DNA of 32,914 nt from Gonapodya sp. JEL0774 (lineage: Eukaryota): assembly GCA_027604505.1 (NCBI GenBank), contig JADIIX010000191.1, positions 1 to 32,914 on the forward strand. Reading direction: 5' to 3'. This document shows positions 11,513-22,986 of this stretch, piece after piece; position 1 is the stretch's first letter; each line of letters begins with the position of its first letter. Below the pieces are notes generated by a model, which was not told the DNA's origin, made no database searches, and worked only from the letters and a program-made list of their open reading frames with translations. The position numbers and the translations under genes are program-made.

Positions 11513-11663
11513 GAAAGCACGGGTGAAGGCGGAAGACAGGAGGGATGATGTGAATCGGGAGTACACCATATGTTTGGTAGCGGGGTGACGTGAAATGCGA
11601 TCACGAAGGTCGAATCAACTCCACTATCAACACCAATCCTGTAATACTACCCACTCATAATCA

Positions 11664-12723
11664 CTACTTTCCCACCTTTCCTACACCATCAATCCCCCTT
11701 TTCTCCCGGGTCAGTACTTCTGGCCTATTCTTAAACAAGTATTTGTGCCTAATCAACGTGACTACCTCGTACTCGGGCCGGGAGAAGTCCGCAGGAACGT
11801 CCAAGGCCAGCGTAGAGGCCGTGAAAGACGAAGGAGCGCTCGCAAGTCCGCCGTGCAACGTATTTGAACCACCCACTGTCGTGCTTCCGTTCGGTATCTG
11901 GTTTTCCCGCAACAGCGGTCCGAGTGGTGAAGAGCCATGCGGTGATATAGGCGATGAAGAATATGCACCCTCGCCCCACCCTCCTGGCCGTACCCGGGTT
12001 GACACCGGAGTGGACGGCGGTGGTGCTCGCTTTCGGAGAAGGGCAAAGGGTTTGGCGAGTTTTACCAGGTGGCCTTCGAGGAGATGGTGCCCTATAGTGA
12101 GGACTTGACATTGGTTTGTGCGGCACGGGGAGCGAGGTGATGGTGTGTAGTCGGTCGGTGTTGGCAGGAGGAGATGGGGGTAGATTCAAATTGCAGGCAC
12201 TGTCACGCACAAGTCAAGACAGCGAGTTCGTGAGGTCCACATACCAGGATTTCCCTTGGAGTGCGATTCCATTGTGAATGTGGTCACCAGCGCCAGTAAG
12301 TGTTACAGGTGAGCATTCGAGAAGTCCAGAACGCTGTCCCATCACGCCGAGCAGTCCCAAAGCGACAAGACTAAGAGTAAAACAATGTAGAGGAAGCGCC
12401 CTTGGAGCTCTTGGCCGTGAAAATCTGTCGAATCAATCCACGACACAACCACTATGTTCCAGCCTTCACCGGATCTTCTTCTCCAGGATCTCTCTTTCAC
12501 GATCCACTCTCCAATCTGCACTTCCGCTTTCTTATGGTGCTTCTCTCTTCTCCCTCACCTTCTCATTCCATGCCAAACTCCCCACCGAGTGACCCGGCAG
12601 CCCGCCCTCGCCGTTGGTCTCGATGGAGCCTTGCAGGTCCAGGAGAACCATGTCCGAGTCGAGAGGGGGTATGCATGTGGAAGTTGAGTGGAGGGGATTT
12701 GTGCGAATGATGATTTGAACCAT
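11664..12723 (-). CDS. CTF8: Chromosome transmission fidelity protein 8 (exons 12723-12559, 12254-12245, 12103-11664)
   Basis: MVQIII...MVLLDLQGSI...VGSLAWNEKGNPVLTIGHHLLEGHLVKLAKPFALLRK...YEVVTLIRHKYLFKNRP. A 10-nt microexon restores the frame. Confidence 0.92.
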
Positions 12724-13721
12724 TGTTTGTGGTAGATAGGGTTGGTGTTGGCCGGTGTGACAAGCTGCTTCATTATTGTCCAGTTAACGGGACAGTATAC
12801 CCGTCTCAAAGTTGCTTATAGATTACTATTGACAAGCTAAGTGCTTCTCGTAGTGCCACGAGGAGTGTGCTTTTGGAAACGCGAGAACAACCGCAGATTC
12901 AGTCTCCAATTCCGTCATTGGAATAAGTAACATCAATGTTGCGACGTTATGCTTCGTGCCAGATATTTGACTGAGTGTCCAATCAATCGCCGTATATGTG
13001 AGTATAATGTTCATCCTCTGCAGAAGCACATATCATGTAGAAGCACCTTTGCACAATATAATATTGCCGAACTGACTACCCTGACATTTTCAATCAATCA
13101 AATTTTTGCACGGGGCTCTCAAAAACGCAGTACAAAAAGCATGAATATACCTCCAATGCGAAGTTAGCGTCGTTGGTGTGGTTTTGGGTCGTACGTGTGA
13201 TTTGTAAAGTCACCGAGACCCCCCACCAGCCAACACGTGCCAGGATGCGCTCCGTTCACATGCGAACTCCGTTATACCAAAGTAATAATGCACCGAGATT
13301 GCTGTAGTGGTAATTAGCGAATGAATAATGATTGGAGGTTTGCCCCCCAGTTCATAAAAGTTCATCATTGAGGATATGGTCACAAACTGTCCCCTGACAA
13401 TAGTCGTCATGGAGTTCTTTGACGGATAAATGTGGATACACGTATGTGATTCTTTTTGGAGTCCGCACTGTTTATTTTTGTTGAACGTGGGACCACAAAC
13501 TCTTGCATGCAAAACAAACAAGGTTTCCGAAAGTGGAAAATTGGTGAGGTCCGATAAGGGTTGATTGGGAAAAAAAGGCAAGGGAGCGCCTCCCGACACC
13601 CTCCCGTTGCCGCTGGAAACTCCTTCCATATCCAAACCATCTTTCCGTCTTTACCGTCTTCTTTTCTTCCTTCCCCGACTTCGCTTCCCCCCTTTTCTTC
13701 CCCGCCTTTTAACCCTTTAAA

Positions 13722-15753
13722 ATGGCTTTTGTCCAGTTTGCCCCGGCATCTTCGGCCATGCATTTCTATCCAGTTCATCAGCCGGCAAATTCTGAAATCC
13801 AGGACCAGGACGATTTCAAATTTCAAATTCAGAGCCAGATGCTCCCCACTTATCTGACTTCACTGCCGGCTGTCTATACCTATCCAGTGCTCAATCACCA
13901 GACGCCCGATGGCCTCACGTTTGGGTTCCTTCCGGCTGGATCGGCAATTTCAACCCCACAACCCGCGATCGCTCTCTCCGCAGCCTCACCATCGCATCAC
14001 ATTAGCCAAGCACCGGCATCCATTTTGTCTCTTCCGCTCGATGTTTCCTCGTCCACCCCCCACCAGGATCAATACCCAGTCGCATGCACCATTCCCCTGG
14101 GTTGGCCCCCAGCTTCCATTGTTAACCCCCACCCAAATAGCGGCACTGAGATCGACGAGTCCCATGAAATGTCTGCAAAACCGCAATTTGACGACCAGGC
14201 AAACTACACCGTGGTCCCCGTTTACAATCAGGGTCCGATCATTCTGCCGCCGCCTGTAGGACACCAGTTCCACTACCAACCCATCACTCGGACCGCCTCT
14301 TTGCGTTCTGACGTCCATCTGAGTCTTTCCGTGCAGGAAGGTCGCAACCAGGACTCTGAGTATGGCATTGCCTTGCAGCACACCTGGGATGACTCGAACC
14401 ATGCGGAGCTTCAACACAAGCTCGACGTGGACTCCTCGTACGTGTCCCGCGCAGTTCAAGATTTGCTCTTTGGCGCAGATGATGACGACGACGGCGCTGC
14501 CGGTGGACCACACGCCGAAGAGGATCCCCTGATGTCATCTGGCAGCTCGACATCAGGCCCAGGTGACCAATTTCAGGAGAACGAGGACGAGGACGATGAG
14601 TCCCCCAACTCACATGTCCACGCTCACGATCTCGCCCGTGCTCACGTTGATGCAGCGAGGGAGTCCTCGGTTACCCCGGGCGCTCCTGCATGCACCGACA
14701 GTTCGGTCGTGGACGGCGATGCACGATCCGAGGCCGACGACGCATCCGTCAGCGACAACGGAGATTCTTCTTCGGATGAAGAGGATGATGTCTCTGTGAT
14801 GGATCACTCTACCAGTACCTACACGTCCTCCCTCTCGGATCACCCGCCTCTTTTCGCAATGGCCTCCTCTCTCATCGAGAACACCTCTTCCTCTTCCTCT
14901 GCCACCTCCCCATCCTCGACTGCTACTGTCACTTCGAGCAAACGCAAACGCACCTCCGCGGCATCGGAGCCCGATGACTATTTCATAGTCAAGCGTTCTC
15001 GCACGGGCGCCGTCAACTCCGCACCCACCGGCCTCCGTGTCCAGGTTCTCGGTTCTTCTCAGAACCAAAACTCTGATACCCAACCTGTGACACCAATCTC
15101 TCCCGCTCGCAGCACCGTTCTCGAGCGCGTTGCATCGGCCGACAGTGTCCGAAGTAGCTCACGGCGAGGGTCCCCAGCGCCTGCAGCCCACGCTCACCTT
15201 CCCTCACCTGCGCTCTCACCTGCCCGATCTGACACGGCTTCGACCAAATCTGAGTCCAGGTCTTCCGGCCTGTCCATCAACACCGCTGTTGGCGGCGATG
15301 ACGATGCGTCTTCCCCTCTGACGCCTGTCGGAAGCGCTGGTGGGGCGAATTCGGTACCCAAGTCGTTGGCCACCCGCTTGTCCAAGCTCTCCCAGGAGGA
15401 GTTGGAGGGTAGGACGTTCCGGTGCGATAATTGTCCCGCAGCGTTTGTGAGGAAGCATGATCTGAGAAGGCACGAACGGATTCACTTGGGTGCGTTTCTT
15501 GTGCATGAAATAGACGTCCAGTCTTCTGTCTTGATGATCTTTGGACACGATCGTTAATGATTTGATCCTCCCATTCCTCAATCGCACAGGTTTGAAACCA
15601 TACGTTTGCCGGTTCTGCTCGAAAGCTTTTGCGCGACTTGACGCCATGAACCGTCACACGATGCTCAAGAACTGCAAGAAACCTGCTGCGAGCGGAACTT
15701 CGAGCAAGAAGGGACGTGCAGAGGAGGAAGCCGCCGAGGAGAGTGACGAGTGA
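13722..15753 (+). CDS. C2H2 zinc-finger transcription factor with two C-terminal fingers (Crz1/Msn2-like class)
   Basis: Intron 15490-15589 joins FRCDNCPAAFVRKHDLRRHERIHLG to LKPYVCRFCSKAFARLDAMNRHTMLKNC. Long acidic and Ser/Pro-rich N-terminal region with an SKRKRT NLS-like motif. Confidence 0.9.
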
Positions 15754-16431
15754 GCGACGAGTGAACCGGGATTGATCCGCAGCGATGATGGGGCAAACGG
15801 GGAGAGATGGTATTGGATGTGTTTGGGAGGGGTGGGAGGGTGCAGCTGAGGACATTGGTCATTCGGAGTGGGACTGGATTTTTTGGATTGGAGCGCGATA
15901 TGGACCGATCAAACACAACGACAAAGTACACCATTTGGAAGACACCCTCTGTTTTACGTTTTTGCAAGACCGCACGGGTCCCCTTTTAAAACGCCATCCC
16001 ACTATTTATATTCCGCCTCGAAGGATCCTGGATCTGGTGACACTCTACGTACTCTTCCCCTTTTGGACTCGCTTTCGCTTGCCCTGTACTCCACCAACGT
16101 TTTTGCTTTGCAACCAATCAAACAAGGAACACAACCTCTGGCTGTTCTCACGGTCACGGTAATTTGTCTTCGGACACTTACTCCTGAACTTACCCACATC
16201 ATGACACCCACGATACCGTACGCTATTTTTTCTCCATGTTAGTCTTAAATACGCTAAGACCTGTACCTCGTTTGAACTTTGCAAAATACGAAATCACTGC
16301 CACCAAACTTGTCTTGAGCGTTTGTCAAATGATGGTTGATTTTTACGGTACGAAACTTCAGGTGCTGGAGCTCGTCTGCATATTTTCCGGAGCATGTCAA
16401 ACATTGATTTATGTCATCCGACACATCTTAG

Positions 16432-17421
16432 ATGCTCCGTCGTCTTCAAAAGCTAGGCATCTGGCTGCTCGGACCTTCGCCTTCACCTCGCTGCGCACTA
16501 GTTTTCTGGGACTTGGAGGGAGTCCATCCTCCTAAAAGTTGGTTTGTCGTCAGTCCTTCCGCAACCAGATCAGAATTTTCACATTCGCCCGTCCAGATGT
16601 CCCTCTAAAAACTACAATCACAAACCTACGATCCTATCTCTCGTCCCGCGGGCACCGATCGGTCTCTAAACCTGTGAGCTCTCTCTACAAGAACGTGATT
16701 CATCCACTCCCGACAAACCTCCATCAAAGCGGCGATGAGGTTCGAATTTTGGCTTTTACGAAGCCACACTTCCTATCCCCATCTTTGAAAGTAGCGTTGG
16801 AAGATGAAGGGGTGGAAGTTGTGGATGGGATGGCGACGGGCAGAAACGCCAGTGATTTGGGTGTCATTGGTGAGTTAGGCCAATTGTGCAAGATGCGAAA
16901 GATGGCTCTGAGAATGGTTCACTTTGTCCACAGTGACCATGTTTACGCTGCTCTTCCCTGTTCAGCCGGAACATGTTCACCGAACACATGTGTTCTTCAT
17001 TGCCTCGGACTCTGACTTCGCGGTTCCCATACGCGTTTTGAGAATAAAAGGATTTTCGGTGACTCTCATATGTGGGAAACAACCTTCCTTGAGGTTGAAT
17101 GATGCTGTGCTGGGACATTTCGACACGGACGGCCGACTCGGCATTGGTGATCGTGTCTTTTGGGACAGAGTCGTTGGGGCTCGCTCCGACTCAAAAGATT
17201 CCTCTTTACCCGTAAAATTTGATCATCTGCCTCGGGCGTCTCTCCCGGAAGATTACAAGATCACAGTTCCATCTCCTCCCCCTTCCAACCACCCTCTGCG
17301 TGAGACCTCATATTCGCATCCAGTTCCTCCTTCATCCACACGTAGCTCTCTGAACTCATCCCCAGTTGTCAGACTACAATCAATCCTTCAGGGAACATCT
17401 GGACCTGGATACCGGATGTGA
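16432..17421 (+). CDS. NYN-domain (PIN-like, LabA/MARF1-type) putative RNase
   Basis: Exon 1 (16432-16537) reads MLRRLQKLGIWLLGPSPSPRCALVFWDLEGVHPPK. Later exons carry GRNASDLGVI and FFIASDSDFAVPIRVLRIKGFSVTLIC, the acidic NYN motifs. Confidence 0.82.
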
Positions 17422-17532
17422 CCTCACCGCCATCATACCCCCCACCAATGCAACAACACATGCAATACCACAGGTCAAAGTCCAACCTCCTATTATGTAA
17501 CTTTATTCATAAGTTAAAAGGAATTTAATTAC

Positions 17533-20202
17533 CTAACCAGTTTCACAAGAAGTACAAACAGACCTCACATTATCTCTCAGCCTACATAAGTCTCGGGCAT
17601 AAAGCCCAGCAAGACTGCAATAAACCGTGGACCTCTCCAACACTGATAAGTGGATTTCAATATCCTGATGTGCTTTAGCATATCCAACGCCCGCCGCAAT
17701 CCTCGCTACGTGAACGAGGCCTGCCTGGAAGACAAACAAGAGGGGAATGGGACCCCTTGAAACAAGGTCCATCTCGGGTCTTTGACACAGATGCGTGATA
17801 GATGTTGCATACAAGATGGCGCTGGTGAAGCTGTTTGATGAAACCCAAGAAGATGGAGCCAGTGGGAATTTGTTGGGTGTGTGGAGCACAATTCCAGTCA
17901 TATCTTGTGAGGGTGACCATAGGGGCATTGTTTGTCAATGAGCAGGACAGACGCAATAATGAGCTTACTATAGAGCAGGAGAGCTCGCATCAAATCTGGT
18001 GTGTTGTTCACACACAACCCTTTAGAAGAAATGGTGTGAATGAAGATGACTATCTGGAATTCTCATATGTCAACCCACATCCCCCATTTGCCTCAAGGAA
18101 GTCATTCAACCAATTGCTCAGCCGCAATTCCAGATCTTGAAATTCTGCTAATTGCCAGAATTCCTGGTGTTGCACATTTCTCTTGATTCCAAGTGCCGTG
18201 CTCAGAATCTTTGCAACAGCAATCCAAAACGCTTCATACCAGTGCGTCTTGGAGATTCAATTTTCTGCACCTACTTTGTAAATTTCCAGTGTCGTGACAC
18301 CTCCCATATCAGCTGCAGTTCTCAAGTTGGCAAAATCTGAGCCACTGCCAATAGAGGCAAACTCTGTGGGACTAAGGCCAAAACGCAAAGTGATGTGATA
18401 TCATTCCATTTTAACGAAAAAAAGCCCCGCAATATCTACCTCATCAGTGGCCCCAATTGGATTTCTTTCACATCCACAAAGGGAGTACGCGAAACCAGCA
18501 AGCCTGCCATTATATCAACGCTGATAGTTGCCCAACCCACACGTCGCCGCTCTTCAGCCTCCCTCCAGTCCCATGAATGTGTCAAGTCCAAGTTCGGGTC
18601 TACAAAGAGACCACTTGATCTCGCTTTAAGGACAGCCATTCCCACCTGGAATCAGCAAGACACGATGCGAAATTGCGAATGCAGCATTATGGACTCCAGA
18701 AACCTACAGTCATATACACAAAATCGTGGTCGTGTATATTGGAGTACATTGCAAATAGAACCAGTGCCTCGATGGTGGAATGATGAAGAATTGTCGACTC
18801 CGTGCTGGGGAGGAGCATTCTTTTGGATCGCTGGAAAAGTGCTGAGCCAGCTGAGGTGAGCTGTGCTGCAGAGAACTGGCAATTGGTATCTGGAGGTTCA
18901 AGAGAGCCAATGGCTAGCATATTCAGGAGAAGGAAAGGGTTCTGGTGATTGAGTGAGCCTAGAAGAGTGGGTCTATGTGAACTGCGTAATAGGTGGATGA
19001 ATCGTCGGTTTTGTAAGATTCCAAAATGCACGAGGCAGCATCTCACCAAGGATTCGATGGCTGGCAAGTGGTGTTGTAAGCATTTTCGTTTTTCTTTGCC
19101 CGTTATTTCTTCGATGACTCACATAGTAGTGCCGGTACTTATGACTTCGGACATAAAACTTCTGGAGAAGATAGAAGAGGAGCCCGTCGGAAGGGAGTTC
19201 TGGCAGATCATCAAAGATGGAAACCTCCACGGGCAAGGTTGATACAGTTGATAACACTGTTTCTGAGGTTTCTGTAAAAGTTCGATGAAATGACGGAGGA
19301 AACACGCTTGACGTCGGAAGAACCGCATTTGTGTGGCTGACACAATGGAATGTGCTCGGTGACCATACACTCTGCACTTCTGGGATCTCTGCAATGGCCT
19401 GAGCAACCAGGCGCTCAACCCTGTCAGTGGAGACTGTTGATTCCAAAACACCCTGATCAAAGTTGAGAAAAGATGGAGGAAGTGTCAGAGCTGGTACAGA
19501 CTAGAACAGTTGTTATTGGTGCTGGCATACGGTGACAAGTTGTTTTTCGAAATACCTGTTGACCGGTTCCTTGCACGTTTGATGCATCAACGCTGGACAA
19601 GTGAAAGTTTGTTGTTGGCAGCAGAGCGGTAATATCATTGATAGGTGGGGGAAGTTCAACTTGAACAGCTGCAAATTTATCATGCACAAAGTCCTCCAAA
19701 CAATCCAGGGCTTTCTCGAGCCTCTCTCTCAAGCTTCTGGTCTTCCGGCGTCCTAGTGTTTTGGCATCACCACCGCTGAAAAAATCTACATCTGGACAGA
19801 CCCGTTGTGCCAGATCAAGTAGTCTGTTTGATATCAAATCCAGCCAGCCTTTGGGAGGGCCTGGGGTGATTTTCCGGCGGTCGTATGAGCACTGGAACAT
19901 ACGGACACGTTTGTTTCAGAGAGCGAGGCAAGCCGAGTCTGGGGATATCGCACCATAAATCTCCGTTTGGTGCAAGCAGAGCACGGTTCTCCACCATCAC
20001 ATTTGAAGTGGAGGCGAAAGCACCTTCGAGAGCATTGAGTCATCATCGTCTCTAGGATGGATGTCTCACAGCAGCAAATCTGCGACTCTCACTCGTTGCA
20101 GGTCTGGCGGATGGACCTCGATACTGCATTGGTTTTGCTGGTTTGAGTTGAGAACGGCAGTTGGCGTTTCGAGGGCGGTCTTTGAGACTCGTCGTGGAAC
20201 AT
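17533..20202 (-). CDS. Zn(II)2Cys6 transcription factor with fungal middle-homology region (multi-exon; internal junctions not all resolved)
   Basis: Splicing gives RQTCNECFRLHFKCDGGEPCSACTKRRFMCSYDRRKITPGPPKGW (C-x2-C-x6-C-x5-C-x2-C-x6-C). Downstream motifs are NPFLLLNMLAIGS, STIEALVLFAMY, GMAVLKARSSGL and EAEERRRVGWATISVD. Confidence 0.88.
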
Positions 20203-21584
20203 TGTTGGAGGTTCGGCTTGGGGAGACACGAACAGCCAACCATCCTGTTTGCGGTGCAACGAAGGAGCCGACGGCCTGCATGAGGCCTCAGCATTTTGTG
20301 CTGGCTCTGCCAGCCTATTCCAAACGAATATTATTAATAATAGCTAATTTTTTTTCTCTTACGTTTTTTGGCAGGGCTATCCTTCGACCGCTCCATGCTT
20401 TCTGACCGCACAATGCGTGAGACGACGCCTCTTCACTGCGGAATCTCCCGCCCTGATTCACCTACCGCCTCCCAAGTCAACCCGCCGTTACGCACTAGAA
20501 GCTCTGTGTCAGGTCTCCAACTAACCAGCGAAGTTGGTAGCCTGGCTTAGTCATAGACTGGGGTTGCACGCACTGAAGACAGAACCACACAACTGAAAGG
20601 GGACCACACCTGCTCCCCACATGTCTCCGGAGTGTGCGCGTGTTCAGAGCCGCGTTGTATGTGGCTTACGAGGTAAGTGGCAGGGCAGCGGTGCTGGTGT
20701 ACTCGTGTGGCAGAGGATGTTCCGGATCTGGATGGATAAGGTAAACAAACATAAGGAGAACTGGGGCGCAGGTGAGGCCAGGAGGGGGAGTGGACTCAAA
20801 GCGACGAGGAGAATGGGAACTCTCACTCCTGCTGGTACGATAGTCTCCACAGTGACAATAGTGGTTGGACGAGGTGGGGCGCAAAACCGGTGCTGAAGTG
20901 ATGAACATTTCCATGAATGGCCGCCATCCACGAGGTGACCCGCCAGGCCGCAAAAGACTACAAGTATGGAGGGCCACGCGCATGTGATTGGATGTCTGGT
21001 CTCCTAGAAGCGCGGTGTTTTCGTGTGAGTCTTTGTGAGGAAGGTGCAAAGCCAGCCTTTTCTCCTCCAATCTGCTTGCTGCCACTCGCCCCTCTACCCG
21101 TCTCCCGTAATTAAATTCTAGTCCAGCGTCCGCGACTTTGCCCGGCAATACACCGTCGTGCCTGTCCCCTCTGCCCAGCCCCTGCCAGACTGGGGCTCCA
21201 CAATCGCACCCTCGTGAGGGATAAGCTCGGGTTTTGGCGGCGGCACCGCGTCGGGCATCCAGGTGTCGTCACTGTTTGCGTATCTACGGCCCAGGCGCCG
21301 GCCGGAGGACCACTGTTTGGTGGAGGCCCGTCGGGGTTTGAGGAGGGCGCGGCGCATTTGGCGGGTTGGTGTTTGCCGCATCGTCGTTTGGGACGGCCGG
21401 GATAGCGCCAAATTCGAGTAAGACAAAAAGATATTTGAGGGTGGTGATCTGTTGCTGCGGAGGTGGCACGAGGGGAAATGCAATTGCATTCTCTTTTTTT
21501 CTCTCTCCATTCTTTTCCCTCTCTATTTTACAAGCAGATCGAAAAGCTTGTTTCCTCCATGCGCGTGAAGTAGAAACGAACCCT

Positions 21585-22931
21585 TCAGGCAGCAGAAGCG
21601 CTTTCCACACGGTCAATAACGATCTGCGTAAGAGTAGCCGACTGACCAACGTAGCCGGCCGGATCCAGAGCCTGCTCCAGGCCCGGCGGCAGTGTCTTGC
21701 CACGCAGCGCCGGATGCGCAACGATAGCCTGGGCAAACGGCAGCCCGTCATCGAGCGAGTGCTGGACGGCTTCGTACAGCAGCCGGTGCGCCTCGTGCCG
21801 ACCCATCACCGGCGTGAGCTGCATCATGGCCGATTCGGCGGTTATGAGGCCACGCGTGAGATAGAGGTTGCGACTCATCGCGCCAGTGTCCACTTCTAGC
21901 CCCTCGGCAAGGCGCGACAGCGTCTGCGCCATGGACGCTGCAAGGATGGCCAGCTCGGGCAACAAGGTGTCGGTCACATTTGTTGCTGAGGAATCTCCCT
22001 CGTCCATCCGCACCATCGCCTCAAGGACTGCAGGCACGCGCGCGCGCAGCATACGGGCCAGGCTCACGAGCAGGAGTGCGGTCGCTGGGTTGCGTTTCTG
22101 TGCCATAGTTGAGCTGCCAACCTTGCCCATGTGGAACGCCTCGAAAACCTCGCCGATTTCGGTGCGCTGGAGGAACACTACGTCCTGCGCGATCTTTTGT
22201 GTCGTCCCTGCCAGCAGCGCCAGTGCTGTAACATAGTCGCTGACGCGGTCGTAGGACGCCCGCGCTGCGAGCCCGCCTCCAGGCAGCTGCAGCCGTGACG
22301 CTACACCCGCCTGTATTTGCAGTCCAGCCGGGCCGAGGGCGGCACAGGTGCCTATTGCGCCGCCCAGGCTGGCAACAAAGGATGACATGACGCGCTCCTG
22401 CAAGCGTTGCCGATCGCGGTCAAGCTCGTCTATCCAGCCCGCTACCTTGAAGCCAAATGTCATCGGCAATGCGTGCTGACCATGTGTGCGCCCGGCCATG
22501 GGTGTGTCACGGTGCGCTTTCGCCAACTTGGTTAGTGAGCTGATGGTGGCAATCACGTCGCGCTGCAGCAACACGTGTGTGCGCCGCATTTGCACGGCAA
22601 CGGCTGTGTCGAAGATATTTTGTGTAGTAGCGCCCAAGTGGATGTAACCGGCTGCGGGCTCACCACACAGGGCCTCAAACTGATGTAGCACCGGTACAAG
22701 GGGGTGTTGCGCGAAAGCGATGCCCTTGGCGAGCAAGCCGAGGTCAAAGAGGCTGGCATCCGCCTTGGCTGCTATGACATGCGCCGCTTCCACTGGCACC
22801 ATCCCCAGGTCCGCCTGCGTCAGTGCCAGAGCGGCCTCGACATCCAGCCAAGCTTGCAGTGTCGCCTCGTCGCTCCACAACCGCTTGGCCTCGCCGCTGA
22901 ACCAGTGGCTCGTAATGAAAGATTCGAACAT
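21585..22931 (-). CDS. Bacterial-type adenylosuccinate lyase/3-carboxy-cis,cis-muconate cycloisomerase-like lyase (fumarase/aspartase superfamily), intronless
   Basis: 448-aa uninterrupted ORF with HLGATTQNIFDT, MAGRTHGQHALPMTFG, GGAIGT and the signature loop GSSTMAQKRNP. C-terminal ASL_C-like GRHEAH...LDPAGYVG. Visibly more GC-rich than the TF and dioxygenase genes. Confidence 0.93.
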   Translation of the reverse strand: MFESFITSHWFSGEAKRLWSDEATLQAWLDVEAALALTQADLGMVPVEAAHVIAAKADASLFDLGLLAKGIAFAQHPLVPVLHQFEALCGEPAAGYIHLGATTQNIFDTAVAVQMRRTHVLLQRDVIATISSLTKLAKAHRDTPMAGRTHGQHALPMTFGFKVAGWIDELDRDRQRLQERVMSSFVASLGGAIGTCAALGPAGLQIQAGVASRLQLPGGGLAARASYDRVSDYVTALALLAGTTQKIAQDVVFLQRTEIGEVFEAFHMGKVGSSTMAQKRNPATALLLVSLARMLRARVPAVLEAMVRMDEGDSSATNVTDTLLPELAILAASMAQTLSRLAEGLEVDTGAMSRNLYLTRGLITAESAMMQLTPVMGRHEAHRLLYEAVQHSLDDGLPFAQAIVAHPALRGKTLPPGLEQALDPAGYVGQSATLTQIVIDRVESASAA

Positions 22932-22986
22932 GCTGACATTTCCAGAGATTTTTGTTGGGCCACCGCCGCTACGGGCAACGCAATGC

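Noticed and set aside
11228..11548. Plus-strand ORFs of 106 and 74 aa
   Set aside because: Antisense shadows of the spliced canonical CutA gene.
11590..12210. Overlapping 172-aa and 153-aa ORFs
   Set aside because: Antisense and alternate frames of CTF8 exon 3.
19834..20046. Apparent atypical C-x3-C first zinc pair (QCSRRC) in the Zn2Cys6 domain
   Set aside because: QCSR is intronic. Splicing AAC GA|GTGAGA...AAG|G gives canonical TCNEC.
21585..22931. Assigning purB/ADE13 or pcaB as the gene symbol
   Set aside because: The superfamily is clear, but the altered signature and absence of pathway neighbours do not support a specific activity.
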